From: Tubiluchus corallicola
Taxonomy: Eukaryota > Animalia > Priapulida
NCBI GenBank assembly: GCA_030141605.1
Contig: JAQGDQ010002375.1
Location: 434,001-498,000, forward strand
Length of the DNA stretch: 64,000 bases
Direction: 5' to 3'
Positions 55,901-64,000 of this stretch are shown one piece after another. Positions within the stretch are counted from its first letter, which is position 1, and each line of letters opens with the position of its first letter. A program made the position numbers and the translations under genes. Below the pieces are notes generated by a model. That model worked only from the letters and a program-made list of their open reading frames with translations. It had not been told where the DNA came from and did not search any database.

Positions 55901-58900
55901 TTTTGTTACATTACAGGTAGTCGTCGACATACGACCTATACAAATTACGACTATTCGATGTTATGATCCGACCGCAGTTTAATTTATTATACAAAACCAA
56001 CTATAACTCATCTTTCCTTCTATTTTTTTAAATAAATTAACTTTAAATTGCTATGTGTTTTGATAAATTCATAGTAGGTGCCGCCATACTTAGTGTGTGC
56101 ACACACGCAACGTAGGGGGCTCTGCTTGAGTATACATTGAATATGCTGGTCCGACTTGCGTCCAATTCGTATTGCGATCAATCTCCTGGAACCGATTGGG
56201 GTCGTAAATCGGCATCTACCTGTACTCTTGCAAATAAAGATATAAATGCCCGTTCTTTTCATTTTCAACATTTTCTTACATATAGCGGATGCTTCATAAA
56301 TATTCTCTAATTTCTGTTTCGTATGTGCTGGATGAAATTTGTCTGGTATGATGAACTTTGAATTGAACAAGTTCTATTTGTGGATTTAGTTCATTGTGTA
56401 CATTTTAGTGTTTCAATTTTGCAAAATTGTAAATTCGTGTTATGCTGCTGATTTCATTATCTTGTATTGTAATCAAGTGAGTTTCTGGATAAATATTTGA
56501 TGCTAATTATTTTTATTTACACAGATACCATTTTTTGAAGACGTTGGTGCCATGACCTTGCAGTACCTTGACTCATTATTTCAGAGAGATAACTTGCAAA
56601 AGTCTCAGTTTTTTAAAGGTCTTCCTCAGATTTTGTCAAAACTACCAAAAGTGAGTTTAAGTCAATATTTTTTCAAGCTGTCATAGTAATTTTTATATGT
56701 TTCAGTATGTTCTATGGTATTCCTAAGTAGCTTTATCACAATACAGCTTTCTCTTCAAGCTCAGTAAAAGTAGAATCATATTTGTTTTGAGACTCTGTCA
56801 TTAAGAATTCTTGTGAAAGAAAGTTGTTCTTTTTCAAATGAATCTTAATATTTAAAACAACAAAGTTGTTTTATATTTGGGCAGTGGTGCAAAGTCTTAG
56901 AACAAATGCTTTATCTGTCAACTAAGTTACGGTAATACTTTCTTATTTTCTGGGCTCAGATCTCAGATGTTTTTTTTGTGTGAAATAGTGACTTTATATT
57001 ACAAATTACAATGTGTAAGTTAAGTTTTTGTGTCAATGTGGGATGTTGGAAATTGGATCTTCAGATCAACGGGTGATCTGCTGAGCATAACATATGATAT
57101 TCAGCTTAGACAACTTGATTGAGCAGATTTACCCCCATCTGTACATTTTCTCCTTTTTTAGGACCATCTTCCCCCATTATTTCAGTTGTTAATGAGTGTT
57201 TACTGTATAGTTAATTACTAGTTGCACAGTTTTACCTTGCATTTATTATTTTCAGAGAGTCAAGCATCAGCGTGTTCTGACATGTCTAGTCAAAGAATTT
57301 GTAAATCCCGAGATGATTCCATTTGTTCTACCGAACGTATTGCTGATTGCTGAAGATTCAACAAATGCTGAGTATGTGGAACTTATTCTACCGGAATTAA
57401 AACCTGTGTTCAAGGTCACCGAACCAGTTCAGGTGAGGATGGCTTAATTAGAATCTTCTGGAGAAAGTCTAAATGTGGTTATAGCTATGTTTATAAACGT
57501 GAATAATAGTAATCAGTAATGTGTCCAGCATGCTTCAGTGATTACTGAAGATTAAATGAATTAAAGCCGGGCATGCAGTTGAGTCAACTACAAGAGTTGT
57601 AAGCAAACCAGAAACAGAAGCATCTTCTGTTACATTTTTGCTGGTAAGTTTATCAGTTTGTTTACATCGAGGAAGACTTTTGATTATTTTTATAATAAGG
57701 AGGATCACTTTGATAATAAAAACTTATAGTCGGAAATAGCTTAATTCAATGTGGAAAGAAGAATTAATCATTTTGAAATAGCCTGCATGCTAATGATTTC
57801 AAACTAGTAGCTGAAACGAAAAAGCAAAATAGAACTAGAGCACTGTTCAGGTTTTTAATTAATAGAACTTAAAACTACGTAAACTTGTATTAAACAAGCA
57901 AAACTTAGTTGCATTTTGGCCACATTTGTATGTCAAGGTACTGCTTTTAACACTTACTGTATTAAAACAAAGTGGCTGCATGCAATGATAAAATGTACTA
58001 AAAATGGCAATTGTAAACATACACTTTTCAGATATACTATTTTCAGGAAACTGCAATGGAAATAAGAGGGGAAAACCCCAGTGTTATGAATAAAAAAAAA
58101 TATGTTCAAAACTAGTATTTCTACTTTAATTTTCTAATGGCAGTGACTTAATCATAGACATCAAGGTGTGCCCAGACTAATATATTTTTAGTGTCACACT
58201 TTTATATTCATTGGGTTGATAAAAGTACTAAAAATGGATTGTAAACATACACTTTTCAGATATACTATTTTCAGGAAACTGCAATGGAAATAAGAGGGGA
58301 AAACCCCAGTGTTATGAATAAAAAAAAATATGTTCAAAACTAGTATTTCTACTTTAATTTTCTAATGGCAGTGACTTAATCATAGACATCAAGTTGTGCC
58401 CAGACTAATATATTTTTGTGTCACACTTTTGATATACTGTCATTATAGTGTTAGACAAGCGAGCTGCTGTGTGCCACTTTAGAGTGCACTAAGTCTGATC
58501 ACTGTAATTACAATATTTGCAGGTGTTGTTGATTTTCATGCAAAAGATGAGTCTGCTACTGTCAAAGACACCCCCGGATGACATTCGTAATCATGTTTTG
58601 CCAATGATTTATAGAGCTTTGGAATCAGATACTACTCAAATCCAGGTATCATTAGTGATACATATCAGTGATGACTTCAGAATCATATAAATAATGAAAA
58701 AGTAATTTTGAATATTTTAATTTCTTTAAATACATTCTTTCCTTTATACTATTTTTAGTTTTCTCCCATGTAATATTGTATGGATTGGAATAGCACTCAT
58801 TCCACTATTAAAACATCATAATTGATTGTGATTGGGTTTTATAGGAGTTGTGTTTAGGTATAATTCCCACTTTCGCCAACATGATAGACTACCCATCTAT

Positions 58901-61900
58901 GAAGAATCACTTGCTTCCTCGACTTAAGAAAATTTGTTTAGAGTCTACATCATTATCGGTGAGTTCTAGCTTGCAGTACTTTTTCCAAGATATTCAATAC
59001 GGTAATTTTTTATAGTTATTGATCACCCAAGCAGATGGAGTTGATGTAGTTTTTTATTAATGTAACTGCTAGAGTGGCAGTCACATTTTAAACTGCAGTC
59101 TTCTCTGTTTGTAGAGCCACCTGATGAAAATGCAACTCGTTTCAGTTACAAGTTATTCTCAAAAAAATAACTAGTTACAGTTACAGTTCCTTTAAAAAGT
59201 AACTATTGCATGAACTTATCATGTTTGGCATGGATATAGAAATCATCAAAATTCATTTTAGAATGAAATTACACAGCTGATTTGTGTGATAACAGAAACT
59301 AATGTGTAACACCAGTTAACTGTACAGAACTAAAAGAAGAGTATAATAGGTAGAGTAGAGCATTTAAACTTCGTGCAGTTAATAAACTTTTGGTTTGATT
59401 CTAGATAAACGTAATGGTAAAAGTAGCTGTTATTTTCACTGAAAACAATAATTTTTTGTTTAAACGGTGCATAAATTCGGCATAATGTTTGTAGTGATTC
59501 TAATTTGCCACATGTTATTGAAACAGCAAAGAAAACTTTTGGGTGAATGAATGAGTGAGGGAATATGTGGTCTATAAGATGTTTCTAAAAGTCACTATCA
59601 TATTGCCTAATTTTTAATTTATTTACAGACCCGAGTGAACTCTCTAGTGTGCATAGGTAAATTACTTGAGCACTTTGACAAATGGCTGGTTCTGGATGAA
59701 GTGTTACCTATTTTACCACAGATTCCGTCTCGTGAGCCGGCTGTGTTAATGGGAATTTTGGGTGAGTTTAGCGTGAATCAGCTTTCTTATAAATTTGAAC
59801 TGCTTTGCGTCGTTCTCACTTATAGCTAAACATCAGATTTCAAAAGGTATTGGTTGTAAATTCTTTAACTCAATTATTGTTTAATCAGTTTGTTACATTT
59901 TTGGAGCATGGCAATAGTTTAGTAATGACTGAATGGCTTATGTATTTTTTTTGTTTTTTAAAACAGGTATTTATAAACAGACATTGACTCACAAAAAGCT
60001 GGGAATGACGAAGGAAATAATGTCTGTTAAAGTTTTGCCATTTCTTTTCACCATCTGCATTGATAATAATCTTAGTTTAAATCAGGTAATTCCTTTCGTG
60101 CGCCCTTTTTCTAATTTAGAAATTATTTGTCTCATTATATATTTAACGTGTTGAGCGTTTTATCTTTTTTTTGTTATCTGTGTGTTTAGGTGTTGTTAAA
60201 ACTCGGTTGATACAAAGCCAATTATCAGTTGCTACTTTACTACAGCTAAATCTCAATAATGCTAAATTTTTGATAAATGTGCATAATCACCTATGATTAT
60301 TACGAAGAATAGTATCATGAAAATCCTGCTAAAGATGATGTTAATTGTTGCATGTTCACAATTTGTTAGTTGTTATGATCTTGATACTAGGCCATTTCTG
60401 TAGGTTGAATGACGTGTGGCACCAATTACAACGGTTTAGTTTTGTATTTGTGCAAATATGTTGTCTGCACAGCAGTTCTAAGTCACTCATCATTACGTAA
60501 ACACTATCGCAAAAAAATTTGAAGGCAGCTGGGACTCCATTTCCTCAAGTTTGTCTTAATAAGCCATTTAACAGGAAGTGGAAACAAACTCTTAGGATGT
60601 GGACCCATTTATAATACTATAAATATTTCCATACGTTGCCGTTGCGTCAGAAGAAACAGTGCATTTGTGATTGACAGATAATGAAATGCGAATTGTAGTT
60701 ACATTCGCCAAATTTACCATTTTTCAAGGGAACGACAGAAAGAGTACCTATTTTGTTGAATTATAACATACGTATTGTCACTTCTGGATACACCTGCAAT
60801 CACATTGCTGTCATCCAGATTTTATTTATCAGGCGAAGATTTGTTTTGCGTTTCAGTTCAACTCTTTCATGGTCTTAATAAAAGATATGATAAGTCGAGT
60901 CGAAGCGGAACATCGAACAAAATTGGAACAATTGAATCAAATGCAGTTGGAGCAGAAGTAAGTGAAACAGTTCACTTGTTTGTTACTTTTATTACAAATA
61001 GGTGACTTGGAAAACTTATATTGTGATCATTTAGTTAATATTTACTTATCTGTAGGTCATGGATGTTACAAGTTACATCACATACATGATGGTGATACAT
61101 TTGTAAGTTTTATGACAATGTGACATTTGGGCTTCATTTACTGCAGCCTAAAAACTTCAAGGTGACCTAGATTTAAGTACGTCATGTAATGGTACTAGTA
61201 CGTATAGCTTGCTTTAGTGTAATTGCCTTTTATTGTTGACTAGGTCAAGCTTGGAATTTAGTCAAAACTTGAGTCAGACAAGTGAACCTGGGAACTTGAT
61301 AACAGGCATACAGAAGAAGCCAGAAACTTCTGTATGTAATGTTTATTTTAATTTGTTTACATTATTATCGGGTATCTATAGTATATTGTAACCTATTATT
61401 TACAATTACAATGTTTATTAATTATTCACTTAAATGATATCTATATTAGATTTGGCATACAGTATTTCGGAATATATGTTTATTCTTGCGTTGTAGTAAG
61501 TTTAGCAAAATTTGCTTCTGTGGCACATTGGATAAAGCTGTAAACTTTTGTATTATGCTGCAGAGGTTGTCGATCAGCGCATTTTAGATTTTCCCACTGT
61601 ATTTTATTGTTCACTTTTAACATTTTCTGCCTCATGCTTATTTGCCTATGAGGTCATTTCTTTGTAGGCTCATCATCCCAGAGTCAAATCATTGATGTTA
61701 ATCCTGTAAAGTCATATCCTAATATCCTGTCCTGATTAATTTCAAAGTGTTTGTTTCTTTGAATGTTGCCCAATGCAGAATGAATTTAAAAAATATAGTT
61801 GTGTGTAATTGCTGATTACTGTTTAGAACAACTTGTGACTTTGAAGTCATCTTAATGTGAACGCCAAAATTAAAGTCTCTGTTTGCTTGTTGTACTTGCA

Positions 61901-63676
61901 ACTTTTATGTTTGTTAGCAAGCTATGTTAGACATGTTAAAATCCTAAAAATGACTAGCATTCAGGATTTTGTGCTACTACTAAGCGACGCTTAATTTCTA
62001 TCACCACAAAAATTTCAGAGAATGCTACTTATTTGCATTGTAGATGGAACAGATATTTAGTGGTTTCGGCCTTGGTAATTTTTTGGAACCTAAACCGGTG
62101 ACAGAGGTCATACGTTCCTCCTCTCCTGCTAGCTCTCAAACTTCTGATGCGTCGCCATCATTGTCACGGAAGGAACCGGAACAAACTGCAAAGGTAGAAT
62201 TTGATATCTTGTTACTAGAAATTTACGAATCTTTGGCAGTTTTTTTTCAGTTAGTTTTTTGGACTTACAAAATAAGAATGACCTTTATTTGAAATGGGTT
62301 TTGTAACGACCAGTCAGCATTAGCTAGAATATTTGTGTCTGCCACCGAAGTTACATACATATAGAGACTGATATTGCAACTCTGTTACTTCAATAAACTC
62401 ACATACTTTGACAAAGGCTCAGCAGTGCCTTTAAGTCAATGCATGTTGAAGTTGAGAATTGCAATGTAGCTCTTCAGTGTTCATTGCAGTATTTATACCT
62501 TGCAGTGGCTCAAAATATGTGTAGTTTAATTTAGCATTTGATTTACTTAGCACAAGTGTGATTTGCCCAAAGTGTGTGAAATTAAATTTTTCCAAAATTT
62601 ACACTTTAACTTTCCCACTTTTTGTTCTATTGATAATTACGTTCTACAGTTTGCTTTGTTATTTCTTTGTTGACAGTGACTTTTTGATATTAAAAATACT
62701 GCGTTACGATTTAAATAGTTGTGTTTTAACTGTCTTTTAGCCTGCCTCCCTAACAATGGAAGAAAAACAACGACTGGCGAAGGAACAAGAAAATATGCAA
62801 AGATACAAAACTCAGAAGTCCATCAAGGCGCTTACTCCTATAAATGCCACACCTCAGTCCAAAAAGATTCCTATGCGTGACTTGACTGGAACTTTGGGAA
62901 GCAACCTGAATCCGTCTGTTTTGCAGAACAAATTTTCTTCTGGATCTGAACCAGTACAAACTTTTTCCACAAATATGACACCAAGCTTGTCTCAACAACC
63001 TACATTTGGGACTGCAAATAACAGTTCAGCTTTCTCTAGTTCAGGAAGTTCAGTTTTCAAAGGATCAACTGCAACTAATCCATCGCATAATACATCTTTT
63101 GTAAGTACGTCATATGCAGTTCCACCCATAAGTAATACCACATCACCTATGAACAGTTTATCACATGGAACCTCAACTGTCAGCAGTGCAACAAATTTCA
63201 TGACAAACTCAACGTTTCAGTCAGTTGGTTCAGGTTTTGGCATGAGTTTAAACAATGTTGGAGCCTTGCCACAATCTTCAATTCAGCAGTCATCTTTTCA
63301 GTCATCAACTTTTAACAATGATGGATTTAGTAATTTTCAACAGGCTCCTGTATTGCCTCAAACCAGGCCTGGTGTGCAGCCAACCTCCAATGTTCCAAAA
63401 AATATGGCAGCTCTAGACAATTTATTTGGTCCACCCAAACGGTCATTGCCAATGAACCAAATGCAATCTCCACCCAGCCAAGGGTTGGGGAACACCATGG
63501 GCACTGGCATGAATATGCAAACCCGTCAGATTAATACTTCTTTTCAAAGCATGATGTCAAACCAGCCACAGGCAGTTAATCCACAAAGCATCATGGGAAA
63601 TCAAACAATGGGAATAATGCAACCTCAAAAGACCCTGCAGCCGAGGAGTCAGGATATATCCGATATTTTTGGATAA
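52918..63676 (+). CDS. SCYL2: SCY1-like protein 2 (CVAK104): pseudokinase, HEAT repeats and a low-complexity tail; about 1004 aa, 17 coding exons
   Basis: Exons 52918-53079, 53207-53294, 53456-53525, 53705-53849, 54409-54558, 54970-55185, 55774-55890, 56525-56650, 57256-57432, 58523-58645, 58845-58958, 59629-59761, 59967-60085, 60857-60957, 61244-61331, 62044-62193, 62741-63676. All GT-AG, 3015 nt. Peptides: GNPVTREF...GPGLIWKIY, QLTKLRHPRLLTIQHPLEESRESLAFATEPVFASLANVLG, DYLAPE, LFQRDNLQKSQFFKGLP, RVNSLVCIGKLLE, LTMEEKQRLAKEQE, C-terminal DISDIFG. Confidence 0.95.
54130..54198 (-). mobile_element. tRNA-like SINE head
   Basis: Minus strand gctgtgtaatggttaa...aggttttgagttcaagtc shows A- and B-box-like motifs. 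Confidence 0.4.
55914..56222. mobile_element. Tc1/mariner/pogo (Tigger-like) MITE
   Basis: TA on both flanks; TIRs caggtagtcgtcgacatacgac versus the reverse complement of gtcgtaaatcggcatctacctg. Confidence 0.8.
57986..58430. repeat. tandem duplication of about 215 bp, period about 230 bp
   Basis: 57986-58203 versus 58217-58430, near identical with a few small indels and one substitution (aaggtg/aagttg). Confidence 0.93.
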
Positions 63677-64000
63677 TTCTTAGTGACAGTACATGCTTTG
63701 TGATTTTTTGTACTGTAGCATTTTGGCAAATTGAGACCCTTGCTTAGAGCAATGTGTTAAGATTGGCAAGATTAGTGTGCTTAACATGTGCAAGTGAGTC
63801 ACATGCTTTTGGTTCATATTGAGATCATTTGTTCTCATTCTATAGGTATGTGCCTGTACATGAACCAATTTTGAGTTTTTTGCCTGCTGACAGAGCATTT
63901 GATCACAATCTGCTAGTTATTACATCATTACAATAACCTAATCTCCAATTTCTTAAAATGTATCACGAACTTTCCAGCTGTTTACTTTTATCTTTACTTA

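Noticed and set aside
58646-58653. U12-type intron donor (gtatcatt)
   Set aside because: Does not match GTATCCTT; no U12 branch point seen.

Overview
This is AT-rich, intron-containing genomic DNA from an animal, most likely an invertebrate; the species cannot be determined from the sequence. Four protein-coding genes can be spliced by hand with GT-AG boundaries and continuous reading frames: (1) a PNT+ETS transcription factor of the SPDEF/Ets98B group (+, 2333-8991; start exon not located); (2) a 12-finger C2H2 zinc-finger gene (+, 21193-22615); (3) ULK4 (-, 24 coding exons, 46410-24332, about 1313 aa); (4) SCYL2 (+, 17 coding exons, 52918-63676, about 1004 aa). ULK4 and SCYL2 lie head-to-head. 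Introns and intergenic DNA carry hAT and Tc1/mariner non-autonomous elements, tRNA-derived SINEs, decayed RTE/CR1/L2 LINE pieces, microsatellites and local duplications. There is no CRISPR array, rRNA or intact tRNA. I found no clearly new biological system. The best leads are: three miR-124 seed sites clustered in the SPDEF 3' UTR; a zinc-finger array ending in a finger whose two Cys codons are both TGA, followed by further decayed fingers; unusual ATP-site residues in ULK4; and the ULK4/SCYL2 divergent pair with candidate RFX X-boxes. Gene names rest on recalled similarity to known proteins, not on a database search.
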